Assembly: GCA_903870015.1 (NCBI GenBank) | Contig: CAIQBE010000022.1 | Location: 99-64,098 of the forward strand | DNA length: 64,000 nucleotides | Direction: 5' to 3' | Source: an uncultured Thiotrichales bacterium | GTDB lineage: Bacteria > Pseudomonadota > Gammaproteobacteria > Francisellales > CACEW01 | The notes under the pieces: generated by a model | The model's database searches: none | What the model saw: only the letters and a program-made list of their open reading frames with translations | What the model was told of the DNA's origin: nothing | Shown: positions 38,107 through 49,365 of the stretch, piece by piece | Layout: each line of letters starts with the position of its first letter | How positions within the stretch are numbered: the first letter of the stretch is position 1 | Made by a program: the position numbers and the translations under genes

Positions 38107-39171
38107 TTATTTCACTCTAGCTGTCAGCTCGCCTTTGGCGTAGCGTTCTGCCATATTCTCGAGGGTCAAAGGTCTTATTTTGCTGGCATGGCCTGCGCTG
38201 CCGAAGGCTTCGTAGCGGGCGATGCAAACCTCTTTCATGGCGTCTTTAGCTAGTTTGTTATACGAGCGTGGGTCAAACTCTTCTGGATGGGTGCCCAAAT
38301 AGCGACGAATGGCGCCTGTTGCCGCTAGGCGTAAATCGGTGTCGATATTGATCTTGCGTACGCCGTATTTAATTGCATTGACAATTTCTTCGACCGGCAC
38401 GCCGTAAGTTTCGTGAATTTTGCCACCGTGTTCATTAATAATTTTGAGCCAGTCTTGTGGAACTGAGGATGAGCCGTGCATGACCAAATGTGTGTCGGGA
38501 ATGTGTGCGTGAATTTCTTTGATGCGTTTAATGGCGAGTGTTTCACCTGTGGGTGGGCGGCTAAACTTATAGGCGCCATGACTTGTGCCAATTGCAATCG
38601 CTAGGGCATCAACCTGCGTAGCTTTAACAAATTGTGCAGCTTCTTCAGGGTCGGTGAGCATTTGCTCATGGGATAAATGACCTTCAGCTCCTGAGCCATC
38701 TTCTTCCCCAGCTTTGCCAGTTTCTAACGAGCCTAAGCAGCCTAATTCACCTTCAACTGATACGCCACACTCGTGTGCGAAATGAGCTACTTGTGCGGTA
38801 ACCTCAACATTATATTCGTAGCTTGCTGGTGTTTTAGCATCGGCCTTTAACGAGCCATCCATCATGACAGAAGTAAAGCCAGTTTGGATTGAGCGTAAGC
38901 ATACGGCAGGTGCTGAGCCATGGTCTTGGTGCATGACAATGGGAATATTTGGAAATTCTTCGCTGGCTGCTAGAATTAGATGGCGAATAAAATTCGATCC
39001 TGCGTATTTACGGGCGCCTGCTGAGGCTTGGACGATGACGGGGCTGTCGGTTTTTTCAGCTGCCTCCATGACTGCTCGCATTTGTTCTAAGTTGTTGACG
39101 TTAAATGCAGGTACGCCGAACTGATGTTCGCCCGCGTGGTCTAATAATTGTCTTAATGAAATTAGCGCCAT
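38107..39171 (-). CDS. fba: Class II fructose-bisphosphate aldolase (354-aa CbbA/Fba type)
   Basis: '[27 protein letters not shown]...VIVQAS' together with 'HQDHG' and 'HGSSSVP'. Confidence 0.9.
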   Translation of the reverse strand: MALISLRQLLDHAGEHQFGVPAFNVNNLEQMRAVMEAAEKTDSPVIVQASAGARKYAGSNFIRHLILAASEEFPNIPIVMHQDHGSAPAVCLRSIQTGFTSVMMDGSLKADAKTPASYEYNVEVTAQVAHFAHECGVSVEGELGCLGSLETGKAGEEDGSGAEGHLSHEQMLTDPEEAAQFVKATQVDALAIAIGTSHGAYKFSRPPTGETLAIKRIKEIHAHIPDTHLVMHGSSSVPQDWLKIINEHGGKIHETYGVPVEEIVNAIKYGVRKINIDTDLRLAATGAIRRYLGTHPEEFDPRSYNKLAKDAMKEVCIARYEAFGSAGHASKIRPLTLENMAERYAKGELTARVK

Positions 39172-39249
39172 GAGAATTCCTTTAATTTTGAGGTTTTTAT
39201 ATCATACGTATTGGTGTTAATTTTGACAAGATCTGTATAAGGGGTGATT

Positions 39250-39283
39250 TTGAAAATAAAAAAAGGGGCCTGATGCCCCTTTT
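39250..39283 (-). terminator. Rho-independent terminator after the lipoprotein gene
   Basis: Hairpin 'aaaaggggc-ctgat-gcccctttt' (39261-39283), followed on the minus strand by TTTTTTTATTTT. Confidence 0.7.
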
Positions 39284-39299
39284 ATTGGTAATCACTTCA

Positions 39300-41015
39300 T
39301 TATGATCCTGAGTGAAGCTTTGCATTAACCTCCGCATTGACTACTATGTCATATATGCCATCATTGGCACCATCCATTGCTGCGTTTGCTAATAAGTCTG
39401 TGCAGGAGCTTCTATCAATGGCACAGCGCGCAATCATGTTTTTGTTGTTATTGGTTGATGCTAATATTGTAGATGGTGTTCCGCCTTTTACGATTTTGTC
39501 AAAGGCGCCGGCAACGAAAATGTTGCCATCATTATCTAGTGCGGTTGCGCCGATGAAGGTTCCTATCGATGAGGCGCCACCAGTAACGTAGACATCATCT
39601 GCCCCTCCGAGTGCGTTATCGCTGCATGTTGCCATAGCGCTGCCCGTAGGATTTAGTGCGCATTTTGCCAGGAATATATTGCCGCTATTGCTCCTAACGT
39701 TATCTATAGTTGTAAATTGACCGCCGATATACAATAAGTTGGCATTGTTATCAACTGTGGTGGTGTAAACAAAATTGTCTGCGAATCTGTTTGTTGGTAC
39801 CAGAGAGGCGCAATTTGAGGCTATGTTTTTATCTGTACCAGTAATTGCACAGCTTCCAGCGCCCATTACTACACCTGAGGTGCTGCCTATGTAGTCCATT
39901 GCTCCGCCAATAATGAGGTAGTCGTTGTCATTATTGTTATAAAGCGTCATTGAGTATGCTTGGTTGGCTGAGATGTCGTCGCTAGGTGCGTCCGCTGCAA
40001 GTATGTTGGTGCATTTATTTGAGGATTGGCTTAGATCGCATTTTGCGAGTAAATATCCGCCCCCGTTAGGATCGTTTAGTCCTCCTGCTGCGCCCCCTAT
40101 GTTATTGATGATACCAGTTATGTATAAATTGTTATTGCTATCGAAATTGATCCCAAAGATATTGGCATCAGCGCCGCTATTTATCGTCGTTGCGTTTTCA
40201 TCATCTGCAAATGGATTGGTTATTTCATTGCTGATTGGGTTGAATTTTGCGAGGATTGCTGCGTATGGGTTTGTTGTTGTTAGTAATCCTATCTCGTCAA
40301 AGGCTCCCCCAATATAAATATTACCGGCGTTGTCATTGGTTAGTGCAAAAATACTTCCATTAGGGTTTTTTTGGTTGCTGTTTTCGATAGGGTTGGTGCA
40401 TGAGAGTGTGTTGATATCGCTGCTGAACACGCATCTTGCTAATAGGGTTGAGTTAGCCAAGCCTGTTGCTGTTGCATCGCCAAGCTGTTTGAATTCACCG
40501 CCTACATAGATAACACCTTGTGTAGATACGTCAAAGGTATTCTGGCCCTGACTTGTGTTGATGGTGAACGTTTGGTCAAAACTGCCGGCAATTTGTAGTA
40601 ATTGCTGATAATTTTTGTCGGCATGTATCATGACGTAGCATGATTGGCCGCTGCTTAAGCTAGTGCCTGCTTGGCAGCCATTGAGCGCTTTTGAGTTGTT
40701 GTCACTATACGCCATGTTATCGCTGTTGGGTACAATGCTGCTGGGGCCGTTTGCACTTAAGGTGAGTGATTGTATCGTCAGAGGTTTTGTTCCGGTATTG
40801 CTAACTTGGAATCCAATGTAGGAAGGGCCCATTGTCTTGCTATTATACATGGTCTTGTAAGCGCTGTTGTTTGACCTGTTTAGAATTGTTACGGTGTAGC
40901 CCTGTGTGCTGTTATTGTTTTGTTGCCCGGCGGAGTTTCCGCTGTTGCCACAGCCTGATAGTAGTCCAGTGCTGATTGTTGCGATACATATTAATTTTGT
41001 TATTTTCATTTTCAA
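39300..41015 (-). CDS. Lipoprotein with beta-propeller-type repeats (delta-60/DUF5122-like)
   Basis: Lipobox 'LLSGC'. Recurring motifs are 'IYVGGEF', 'IYIGGAFD', 'LYIGGQFT' and 'IFVAGAFDKI'. Confidence 0.6.
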   Translation of the reverse strand: MKMKITKLICIATISTGLLSGCGNSGNSAGQQNNNSTQGYTVTILNRSNNSAYKTMYNSKTMGPSYIGFQVSNTGTKPLTIQSLTLSANGPSSIVPNSDNMAYSDNNSKALNGCQAGTSLSSGQSCYVMIHADKNYQQLLQIAGSFDQTFTINTSQGQNTFDVSTQGVIYVGGEFKQLGDATATGLANSTLLARCVFSSDINTLSCTNPIENSNQKNPNGSIFALTNDNAGNIYIGGAFDEIGLLTTTNPYAAILAKFNPISNEITNPFADDENATTINSGADANIFGINFDSNNNLYITGIINNIGGAAGGLNDPNGGGYLLAKCDLSQSSNKCTNILAADAPSDDISANQAYSMTLYNNNDNDYLIIGGAMDYIGSTSGVVMGAGSCAITGTDKNIASNCASLVPTNRFADNFVYTTTVDNNANLLYIGGQFTTIDNVRSNSGNIFLAKCALNPTGSAMATCSDNALGGADDVYVTGGASSIGTFIGATALDNDGNIFVAGAFDKIVKGGTPSTILASTNNNKNMIARCAIDRSSCTDLLANAAMDGANDGIYDIVVNAEVNAKLHSGS

Positions 41016-41120
41016 TGCTCCTTGCTCGTAAAAAAAGTATTAATAATATTATGGCGAGAGTATAGCATGTTATTTATTTGAGTTCCAAGCTTTTTATAGA
41101 AATGAAGTGTTTTATTTTTT

Positions 41121-42431
41121 TTATGTGGATGATTTGCTGAGGATTGCATAATAGAAGCCATCTGAGCCTTTTTCTTTTGGTAGGATTTGCCAGCCGTAGG
41201 CTGTGGTTTGTGCATTAATATTTTCTGGTACTATTGTGTTAATTGGGGTGGTGCTAAAAAGCTTTAATTGTTCTAAGGCTTTTTTTATGGTTAAATCATT
41301 TTCTTCTCTTAATATGGAGCAAGTTGCGTAGAGTAATAATCCGTTAGGTTTTAGATTTTTTGCAGATTCTACGATGATTTTGACTTGGAGTTGATGTAGT
41401 TGATCAATGTCTTTGGCTTGGCGCAAAAATTTTATGTCAGGATGGCGGCGAATGACCCCTGTGCCTGAGCAAGGTGCGTCAATAAGGATGCGATCAAAAA
41501 GTGTGTCAAATTCTTGAGGTCTGCTTGCATCACCCTGGCGTACATCTGCTTTTAAATCTAGTCGTTTTAAATTTTCATTAATTAAATTTAAGCGACGGTT
41601 GGAGATATCCATGCTTGTTAATTGTATGTCACAAGATTCCAGAATGTGGCAGGATTTTCCTCCCGGTGCTGCGCATACATCAAGGACTTTTTGTCCTGGC
41701 TTTAAATCAAGTAAATAGGCGGCTTTTTGTGCGGCTAAATCTTGTACTGATATCCAGCCTTCTTGAAATTTTGGTAGTTCTGCAACATTAATTGCTTCAT
41801 TTAAAGTAATGGCATCAGGCAGGCCTGCGTGGATTGTTCCAGTTATTTCTTGTTGGCGTAGTAATTCCATATATTCAATGGTTGTGGTTTTGCGTTGATT
41901 GACCCGTAAATGCATTGGTGCTTGCATGTTGTTAGTCTTGAGAATCGTTTGCCAATGATTGGGGTAGGTGGCTTGTATTTTTTCCAGTAGCCATTGCGGG
42001 TGTTCGGTAATCGTTGTGGATTGTAGTTGTGCCAGTAATGTTGTTTTTTCTCTTAAAAAACGTCTTAAAATAGCATTCACTAATCCTTTAGCGTAGTCGA
42101 GATGATTGAGCTTAGTGAGTTCTACAGTTTCGTTAATTGCCGCGTGCTCTGGGGTGTGGGAGTTTTTTAACTGAAACAGGCCCAGTAATAGAATGAGCTT
42201 TAGTTCTATTTCTTTGGTTTTTATAGGTTTATTAAGAAGTTGGTTGAGGATGATATTTAAGCTTTCATATTCTCGTAGGACGCCATAAGCCAAGAATTTT
42301 ACAAAGCTTAAATCCTTTTGTTCTTCTAGATCTAGAGCCTCATCAAGAGATTTGTGCTCAATGATTACTTGCTTTAGTGCGTTTAAGGCGCTGTTTCTGG
42401 TGTTTGTGCTGCGCATTTTTGTGTTTGGCAC
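41121..42431 (-). CDS. rsmB: 16S rRNA (cytosine967-C5)-methyltransferase RsmB
   Basis: An NusB-like N-terminus is followed by 'VLDVCAAPGGKS' and 'ILIDAPCSGTGVIRRHPDIK'. Confidence 0.85.
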   Translation of the reverse strand: MPNTKMRSTNTRNSALNALKQVIIEHKSLDEALDLEEQKDLSFVKFLAYGVLREYESLNIILNQLLNKPIKTKEIELKLILLLGLFQLKNSHTPEHAAINETVELTKLNHLDYAKGLVNAILRRFLREKTTLLAQLQSTTITEHPQWLLEKIQATYPNHWQTILKTNNMQAPMHLRVNQRKTTTIEYMELLRQQEITGTIHAGLPDAITLNEAINVAELPKFQEGWISVQDLAAQKAAYLLDLKPGQKVLDVCAAPGGKSCHILESCDIQLTSMDISNRRLNLINENLKRLDLKADVRQGDASRPQEFDTLFDRILIDAPCSGTGVIRRHPDIKFLRQAKDIDQLHQLQVKIIVESAKNLKPNGLLLYATCSILREENDLTIKKALEQLKLFSTTPINTIVPENINAQTTAYGWQILPKEKGSDGFYYAILSKSST

Positions 42432-42749
42432 TGTGCTTTAAGCGATGATCATACATTATTTTGGCTTAAAAGCGAAAGGTTGTGTTGATTTGTAATTTAA
42501 AAATCAATGGGTTATGTTTTTTATATGTTGAGCCTATTGTATTTTGTAGTGGATGGGATCAGAATTAACTTATAAAATAACAATAATAATGGTGTCATAT
42601 GAAAAGCGATATTTTTATTAATGCAGTCTGTGTGTGTTTGATGGGGCTTATGTGTTTTGGTGCGCTAGGTGATGTTGCCTACGCTGCCGAGGTTTCACCG
42701 GTTACCTCAACAGCAGTTGTTATGGCTCTAGATGAGTGTGCGCACTAAT

Positions 42750-43505
42750 CTACCAGGCTAAGTCTTTGATGCTGCTAATGCCTAGGGCTTCTTTTTGCTT
42801 TTCGATCAGTGTTTTTATTCCTGCTTTGGATAATGCTAGCATTTCCTGAAAATGGGTCTCGGTAAAAGGCGCGCCTTCAGCGGTGCCTTGAATTTCAATA
42901 AAGCCATTATCGTTATTCATCACGACATTCATGTCGGTTTCGGCGTTGGAGTCTTCGATATAATCAAGGTCTAGGATCACTTCATTTTGATAGACACCGA
43001 CCGATACTGCGGCAATTAGGTGGCGTAAGGGGTGGGGGATTTTGAGTGAGTTTTTGATTAGGTTTCTTTCTTTAAAAGTATTGAGCGCATCGGCAATGGC
43101 AACGCAGGCGCCGGTGATCGATGCTGTGCGGGTGCCGCCATCGGCTTGAATGACATCGCAGTCAACGGTGATGGTATATTCGGGTAAAAAATTTAAGTTC
43201 ACTGCTGAGCGTAGGCTGCGGCCAATGAGGCGTTGAATTTCATTAGTCCGTCCTGTTTGTTTGCCAGCAACGGCTTCACGTTGGGTGCGATCGGTAGTGG
43301 CGCGAGGGAGCATGCCATATTCAGCGGTAAGCCAAGCTTGGCCTTTGCCTTTTAAAAAACGAGGTACGCCATCAATGACGCTAGCGTTACATAATACTTT
43401 GGTATCGCCAAAGGAGACTAATACCGAGCCCTCAGCGTGCTTAGTATAGTTGCGCTCGATGCTGATGTTACGTAATTCGTTATTGGCTCGTTTACTTGGA
43501 CGCAT
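42750..43505 (-). CDS. rph: Ribonuclease PH
   Basis: '[39 protein letters not shown]...[15 protein letters not shown]'. Confidence 0.9.
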   Translation of the reverse strand: MRPSKRANNELRNISIERNYTKHAEGSVLVSFGDTKVLCNASVIDGVPRFLKGKGQAWLTAEYGMLPRATTDRTQREAVAGKQTGRTNEIQRLIGRSLRSAVNLNFLPEYTITVDCDVIQADGGTRTASITGACVAIADALNTFKERNLIKNSLKIPHPLRHLIAAVSVGVYQNEVILDLDYIEDSNAETDMNVVMNNDNGFIEIQGTAEGAPFTETHFQEMLALSKAGIKTLIEKQKEALGISSIKDLAW

Positions 43506-43570
43506 AAAGTTCTCTATCATATTTTGTAATGCATAGTATAATATAGTTTCATCACTTTATTAAGTAATAT

Positions 43571-44521
43571 GTGTTTTTGAGAAAATTAAAAGAGTATTGC
43601 ATCTTAATGCGTTGGCATCGTCCGATTCCGTTGTTATTGTCTTTGTGGCCTACTTATTGGGGTTTGTTTCTTGGGGGCTTGCCGTCAATACGGCTTTTTT
43701 TTGTGTTTACCTTAGGTGTGGTTTTAATGCGTGCTGCTGGTTGCGTGGTGAATGATTTGTTTGATCAAAATTATGATCGTTTTGTTGCGCGTACGGCATT
43801 TCGTCCGATTGCCTCGGGTGCTGTGCGTAATGTTGAAGCGGTATTGTTGTTATTGGTGCTACTGCTTTTGGCGGCCTCTTTGTTGCTTTTTTTAAATTCC
43901 CTAGCACAGCTTCTTGCCCTGCCAGCATTGTTTTTAGCGTTGGTTTATCCTTTGGCAAAACGCTTTACTTATTTTCCGCAGTTGATTTTGGGCTTGGCGT
44001 TTAATTTTGGGATGATCATGGCTTATGCGGCAGTTCATAATCAGCTTAATTCTATGATTTTTTGGCTTTATGGTTTGTCGATTGTTTGGACTTTATTTTA
44101 TGACACGATTTATAGTTTGATGGATTATACTGATGATAAGCGTTTGGGAATTAAATCACCGGCGACTTTTTTTGATGGGCGTGTGTATTTATTTTTATTC
44201 CTATTGGCCTTGTGCTTGATTGTTGCTGCGAGTGTGTTATTGCACAATTTGCATTTACATTATGCATTTTTATTTGCTTTGGCGTTCACTTATGTGATGG
44301 TGCGTGCGTGCTGGCATTTATTAAAAGGTAAGTTGCTTTTTTTAATTCCAATTTTGATGATGCGTTCGCAAATGCCTGGTCCTAAGCAAGCTATTTGGGC
44401 GAGTCCGATGTTAACGCCTTCATGGCGTGAGGCGGTTGTGTGTCAAAAACTTTTTGACCAGCAGCAATGGTTTGGTTTGATTATTTTCCTCATGATCCTC
44501 TGTCAATTTTTAAGTGTCTAA
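43571..44521 (+). CDS. ubiA: 4-hydroxybenzoate polyprenyltransferase UbiA
   Basis: 'AAGCVVNDLFDQNYD' and 'YDTIYSLMDYTDDKRLGIKS' are UbiA Asp-rich motifs. Confidence 0.85.
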   Translation: MFLRKLKEYCILMRWHRPIPLLLSLWPTYWGLFLGGLPSIRLFFVFTLGVVLMRAAGCVVNDLFDQNYDRFVARTAFRPIASGAVRNVEAVLLLLVLLLLAASLLLFLNSLAQLLALPALFLALVYPLAKRFTYFPQLILGLAFNFGMIMAYAAVHNQLNSMIFWLYGLSIVWTLFYDTIYSLMDYTDDKRLGIKSPATFFDGRVYLFLFLLALCLIVAASVLLHNLHLHYAFLFALAFTYVMVRACWHLLKGKLLFLIPILMMRSQMPGPKQAIWASPMLTPSWREAVVCQKLFDQQQWFGLIIFLMILCQFLSV

Positions 44522-45869
44522 TTTTAAAAAAGCCGACCGCAGAGAGCAGAGGTATTAGGCTTAATAGCGCATAGGTGATAACAAAAGCATGTAGAGGGTA
44601 GTGTGTTGCCTCAATCTTGCCGTCAATGGCTAAGTATAAAATAAAGGCACCTACTGCAATGCCAAAGCTCTGCATAATTTGTTGCATACTGCTTAAAAAA
44701 CTCGTTCCCATATTTTGAAATTCATGAGGTAGGGTGCTGTAAGCCAAGGCATTCACCGTGGTGTATTGAATTGACATTAAAATTCCAGTAATAATAAATA
44801 CGCCTAAAATTACCATCGGACTGGGGAAGTAGCATATGAGAATATTTAAGTTCAAGCTTAGGCAGAGTAATATGCTCGTTGTCCCGGCAATGAGCCCGGC
44901 ATTAAAACGTCTTAGTAATTTCTGTACCCATGATTTTGCAAAAATCATAGCAATGCCTGATGCTCCGGAGTAAAGTCCTGACATCATGGCGCTCATGTTT
45001 AAACCGAGTTGTAATAGTAAAGGTCCTAAAAATGGTATGATGCCCAGTGCTAGTCGTATCGTCATGCTATTGATTACGATGCTTTTGAAGTTAGGGGTGT
45101 TTAATAATTTTGGGCTGATCACAGCGCGTTCATGATTTTTTGCATAAAACCAGTAAGCGGTAAGTCCTATACAGCCTAATAGCCCTAGCGTTATGATCTC
45201 GATGCCTGTAAGGGTATGCTCTGTCAAGGTTTCGAAGGCAAGGAGTAGTAAAATTAGGCTTGTCGCGAGTATGGTAAAACCCAAAAAATCAAAGGATTTT
45301 ACTTTAGGGTTTTTGGTGTTTTCAATATGTTTTTGCACATAGTAGAGTGCAAAAAAGCCAATAGGAATATTGACGAAAAAGATAAAGCGCCAATTTAAAA
45401 AAGTCGTTAAAAACCCTCCAATCAAAGGACCAATACTTGGGCCAATTAAGCCGAAGGAAGAGATCGTGCTGAGTGCTACAATAAACTCAGCTTTAGAAAA
45501 ATGGCGAACCAGTAACAAGCGCCCAAGAGGTAAGGAAAGGGCGCCGCCAATCCCTTGAATGATTCTGCCAAGTACCATGATAACAATGTTGTTGCTTAGG
45601 CCTGACAGTATCGAGCCCAGTAAAAAAATGACAATTGCTAATCTAAAAATAACTTTAATCCCAAATTTGTCAGCGAGCCAACCGCTGATTGGAATCATGA
45701 CGCCCGCTGCTAGTAAATAAGTAGTGAGGGCTACTTTAAGGTGTAGGGGGGTAAGGTGTAGGCTCAAGGCTATTTGCGGTAGTGAGGTGTTCATGATGCT
45801 GCCATCTAAGCCTTCCATAAAAAAAGCAGTGGCAGTGAGGGTGATGATAATGCGTTGTATCTGTGTCAT
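44490..45869 (-). CDS. MFS transporter (DHA2/EmrB-like)
   Basis: 459 aa and about 14 helices, with 'GWLADKFGIK' (motif A) and 'LGRIIQGIGGA'. Confidence 0.8.
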   Translation of the reverse strand: MTQIQRIIITLTATAFFMEGLDGSIMNTSLPQIALSLHLTPLHLKVALTTYLLAAGVMIPISGWLADKFGIKVIFRLAIVIFLLGSILSGLSNNIVIMVLGRIIQGIGGALSLPLGRLLLVRHFSKAEFIVALSTISSFGLIGPSIGPLIGGFLTTFLNWRFIFFVNIPIGFFALYYVQKHIENTKNPKVKSFDFLGFTILATSLILLLLAFETLTEHTLTGIEIITLGLLGCIGLTAYWFYAKNHERAVISPKLLNTPNFKSIVINSMTIRLALGIIPFLGPLLLQLGLNMSAMMSGLYSGASGIAMIFAKSWVQKLLRRFNAGLIAGTTSILLCLSLNLNILICYFPSPMVILGVFIITGILMSIQYTTVNALAYSTLPHEFQNMGTSFLSSMQQIMQSFGIAVGAFILYLAIDGKIEATHYPLHAFVITYALLSLIPLLSAVGFFKIRHLKIDRGS

Positions 45870-46002
45870 GTGCTTTATTTTACAGCAATAGGCTTTAAAG
45901 TAAAAGTTGTTTTTTATTTGTGCATCATCATGCGTTGACGTTGCTTTATTTTTTGGTGATTTTTGTTAGAATAACATCCATGTTATTATTTGAAGATCAT
46001 TA

Positions 46003-47304
46003 ATGAAATCTTGGCTTAGATGGATAATTTTAGTCATATGTCTTTTGGGCGTTTCTAGTACCTATGCTTGGAAGCAATTAACGATAACAAAGTCGGATAC
46101 ACTGGCAAGTGTTGCTGAAAAATACCGACCGACGGGTGTCTCAAATATGGATATGGTGATTGCTATTCGTAATGCCAATCCTCGTGTTTTTAGTAAGGCT
46201 TCTAATTTTAAGCCAGGGATGCAATTATTAGTGCCTATGAATGCGGTTGAAGTGCGTAATGCTGTTAAAGGTAAGTATCCTCAGCTTTCAGCTGTTTCAT
46301 CTAGTGCCTCTGCACCTAAAGCTGATGCAGTAAAGACCCAGGTGTCGGCATCTCAAGCAGATGCAAAAAGTCCGACGCTCGCATCTAAAACAAGTGGAAG
46401 TGCCCCAAAGAGCCCTGCAGTACCTGTTGTAGCTAAATCAGTTACGTCTGTTGCGCCAAAGGCCGCTCAAGCGCCTAAACCTGTTGTTAAAAAAATCACA
46501 TCGACTCAGGTTGCTGCTGCTACTCTGCAAACGAATATGACCATTAAGAGTTTGCAAGATACGGTCAGTAGCCAGACGCAAACAATTGAGGATAACCAAA
46601 CGCAAATTAATCAACTCACGGGGCAGCTCAATATTGCGAATCAGCAAGTGCAGTCTTTGCAAGCACAAGTTTCTCATCAGAGTGTGTGGACTTTAGGAAA
46701 TTTATGGCTGGTATTGTGGTTGTTAACATTGGTTATGCTGTTGTTGCAGTATCGTAAAAACAAGCAGTTAGTTGATGATTACGATGATCAAAATGATCAT
46801 AATCATCAGGAAGAATATGTTGAGGTATCGCCATCGCTTGATCCTTCTTATGATGAGACCCCTGTGTTGGTGCAGGAGGCTCGCGAGCATGATGAAGCGA
46901 AGGATAATGAGCGCTATGAGCCGCAATTGGACTTAGGTGAGGTATCGAAGCCTAGGCGTAAAAGTGAAAATTGGGAGCAAGTAGAATTGGATATTCCTAT
47001 CGTAGAGCATCAGCCCATTTTGGATAATGGCGAGGCGCTCGAGCATGCAAATGGTTTAGAAATGTATGATGATCAGGCGCTTGCGGGTGAGCAAAATGAT
47101 ATCATTCAAGCTTTGTCACAAGACGTTGATAATATGGAGTGGCATCAGGCTTTGTTAGAGTTTTATGTTAAAACTAATAGTCAAAATGGCTTTAAACGTC
47201 ATTATCAAAATATGGTAAAAAGTGGCCTGATGACTGAGGGCGATCCTTTGTGGGAGGAAGTGCGTAAGATGTATTTGAATAAATGGATTTATCAAGCTGT
47301 TTAG
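46003..47304 (+). CDS. FimV-like LysM peptidoglycan-binding protein
   Basis: A signal peptide is followed by the LysM block 'ITKSDTLASVAEKY...MQLLVP'. A Gln-rich coiled coil, one TM helix and an acidic region follow. The C-terminus carries the conserved block 'WHQALLEFYVKT...DPLWEEVRKMY'. Confidence 0.6.
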   Translation: MKSWLRWIILVICLLGVSSTYAWKQLTITKSDTLASVAEKYRPTGVSNMDMVIAIRNANPRVFSKASNFKPGMQLLVPMNAVEVRNAVKGKYPQLSAVSSSASAPKADAVKTQVSASQADAKSPTLASKTSGSAPKSPAVPVVAKSVTSVAPKAAQAPKPVVKKITSTQVAAATLQTNMTIKSLQDTVSSQTQTIEDNQTQINQLTGQLNIANQQVQSLQAQVSHQSVWTLGNLWLVLWLLTLVMLLLQYRKNKQLVDDYDDQNDHNHQEEYVEVSPSLDPSYDETPVLVQEAREHDEAKDNERYEPQLDLGEVSKPRRKSENWEQVELDIPIVEHQPILDNGEALEHANGLEMYDDQALAGEQNDIIQALSQDVDNMEWHQALLEFYVKTNSQNGFKRHYQNMVKSGLMTEGDPLWEEVRKMYLNKWIYQAV

Positions 47305-47364
47305 TATGTTGCAAATTTCATCAATTTTATATATTATAAGTCTTAATAAACCTAGTGGTGCTGT

Positions 47365-48348
47365 ATGAATTACTTAGATTTTGAACAACCGATTGGCGAG
47401 CTTGAAGCGCAGATTAAAGCCTTAAAAGAATCAGCCACTTCTGCGAATATGAGTCTGGATAAGGAAATTGAGCAACTTCAAGCCCGAGTAGTTGAGTTGC
47501 AGGGGCAAATTTTTAAACAACTCAGTGATTGGCAGATCATTCAGCTGGCCAGGCATATGGATCGTCCTTATACTTTAGACTATTTGCAAAATGCTTTTAC
47601 TGATTTTGAAGAATTGCATGGCGATCGTAATTTTGGTGATGATCCTGCTATTGTTGGTGGGATTGCGCGTCTTGATGGCATGCCTGTGATGGTCATTGGT
47701 CAGCAAAAAGGTCGTACTACCAAAGAAAAACTATATCGTAATTTTGGTATGCCTCATCCGGAAGGCTATCGTAAGGCCTTGCGTTTGATGAAATTGGCAG
47801 AACAATTTGATATACCTATTATTACTTTGATTGATACCCCAGGGGCTTATCCTGGTGTGAATGCCGAGGCACGTGGACAGTCTGAGGCGATTGCGCGTAA
47901 TTTACGTGAAATGGCAGCGCTTAAGGTTCCCGTTATTTGTGTTGTGATTGGAGAGGGCTGTTCTGGTGGTGCTGTAGGTATTGGTGTTGGTGATACTTTA
48001 ATGATGCAAGAATATAGCTATTTTGCGACGATTTCTCCCGAGGGCTGTGCGTCTATTTTGTGGAAAAGCGCTGAATTTGCTCCCAAGGCAGCTGATATTA
48101 TGGGTATTACTGCCAAGCGTTTAAAAAAATTAAAAATTATTGATCAAATTATTAAAGAGCCCTTGGGGGGTGCGCATCGCGATCATGTTGAAGCGGCTTC
48201 TCATCTTAAAGCTGCATTGGTCCAGGAGTTAAAGCGCTTACAAAAATTACCTTTAGCGGATCTTCTGCAAATTCGTTATGATAAATTGATGGATTTTGGT
48301 GTCTATGAAGTTCGTGAACCTGCTGTGGCTGTAGAAACAGGCGCATGA
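47365..48348 (+). CDS. accA: Acetyl-CoA carboxylase carboxyltransferase subunit alpha
   Basis: '[14 protein letters not shown]...[11 protein letters not shown]...[36 protein letters not shown]'. Confidence 0.95.
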   Translation: MNYLDFEQPIGELEAQIKALKESATSANMSLDKEIEQLQARVVELQGQIFKQLSDWQIIQLARHMDRPYTLDYLQNAFTDFEELHGDRNFGDDPAIVGGIARLDGMPVMVIGQQKGRTTKEKLYRNFGMPHPEGYRKALRLMKLAEQFDIPIITLIDTPGAYPGVNAEARGQSEAIARNLREMAALKVPVICVVIGEGCSGGAVGIGVGDTLMMQEYSYFATISPEGCASILWKSAEFAPKAADIMGITAKRLKKLKIIDQIIKEPLGGAHRDHVEAASHLKAALVQELKRLQKLPLADLLQIRYDKLMDFGVYEVREPAVAVETGA

Positions 48349-49307
48349 AGCTTTTTTTTAATGAATTGTCGGTGCTGCCTAAGCGTATTTTTATTGGCTT
48401 TAGTGGCGGTATTGATTCGCGCGTTTTGTTTGATGTGCTCTTACATGATCCTGTTGTGCTTGCCCATAAAATAGAGCTGATTCTCGTTAATGTTAATCAT
48501 CATACCGATATTACTGAAACGCCTTTGAGTATTTTAGCGGCTAAAATTGCAGAGGATTATAAAGTCCAAGTGCATTTGCTACATGTGACTGCTCAATGTC
48601 CTAAAGGTGCGAGTCTTGAGGCTTTTATGCGTGAAGAGCGTTATCGCCTATTTAATGCTTTGTTGCTAGAGGGGGATGTATTGGTGACTGGTCATCATCT
48701 TGATGATCAGGCGGAAACATTTTTGCTTAATTTAATGCGTGGTTCAGGCTTGCAGGGTTTGAGTGCTATGGCGCCTGTGCGTTTGCAAGGTCTAGGTTGT
48801 TTGTGGCGTCCTTTATTGCATTATACTAAACAAGAGTTGCGTGCTTATGCAATTGCTAAGTCTTTGCAATGGCTTGAGGATCCTACCAATAAAGATATTA
48901 TGCTTGATCGTATTTTTTTGCGTACTGAAATTTTGCCTAAATTAACTGAGCGCTGGCCGAAAGCAAAAGAGGTCTTGGCACGTACGGCTAGTCATGTTAG
49001 ACATTCTCAAGAAGTCTTGGATGGCTATCTGCAAGTGCATTTAAAAAACCTTGTGGTTGAAGGCGCTTTGAACTTGAAGGCATTGAAGCTTTTGCCCGAG
49101 GCCCAGGGTATTTTATTGTTAAAAGCCTATTTAGATCGGTTTGACTATCGCTTAGGTAGCGCACAGTTGCAGCAAATTTATCAGGATTTTGTGTTGACTG
49201 ATAATGATGCCGCCCCCTTGTTTCAGTATCGTGGGGCGACTTTGACGCGTGTTAAACATTTTTTACACGTTGATATGCACTCAAAAATCCAAAAGAACCC
49301 GCTTTAA
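48345..49307 (+). CDS. tilS: tRNA(Ile)-lysidine synthetase
   Basis: PP-loop 'IGFSGGIDS' and '[21 protein letters not shown]'. Follows accA as in E. coli. Confidence 0.85.
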   Translation: MKLFFNELSVLPKRIFIGFSGGIDSRVLFDVLLHDPVVLAHKIELILVNVNHHTDITETPLSILAAKIAEDYKVQVHLLHVTAQCPKGASLEAFMREERYRLFNALLLEGDVLVTGHHLDDQAETFLLNLMRGSGLQGLSAMAPVRLQGLGCLWRPLLHYTKQELRAYAIAKSLQWLEDPTNKDIMLDRIFLRTEILPKLTERWPKAKEVLARTASHVRHSQEVLDGYLQVHLKNLVVEGALNLKALKLLPEAQGILLLKAYLDRFDYRLGSAQLQQIYQDFVLTDNDAAPLFQYRGATLTRVKHFLHVDMHSKIQKNPL

Positions 49308-49320
49308 TAATTAATGCTGG

Positions 49321-49350
49321 GTCCTGATGAATGCTATGCATTATCAGGAC
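49321..49350. terminator. Hairpin between convergent tilS and ahcY (no T-tract)
   Basis: 'gtcctgat' pairs with 'atcaggac' around a partly paired interior. Confidence 0.3.
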
Positions 49351-49365
49351 GATGGTTCCTGGGTA

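Noticed and set aside
44330..44435. About 35-codon extra segment near the UbiA C-terminus beginning 'AAAGGTAAGT' (considered as an intron or inserted element)
   Set aside because: It stays in frame and has no terminal repeats or recognisable group I/II intron structure. It is most simply a lineage-specific loop insertion. Alignment with orthologues would settle it.
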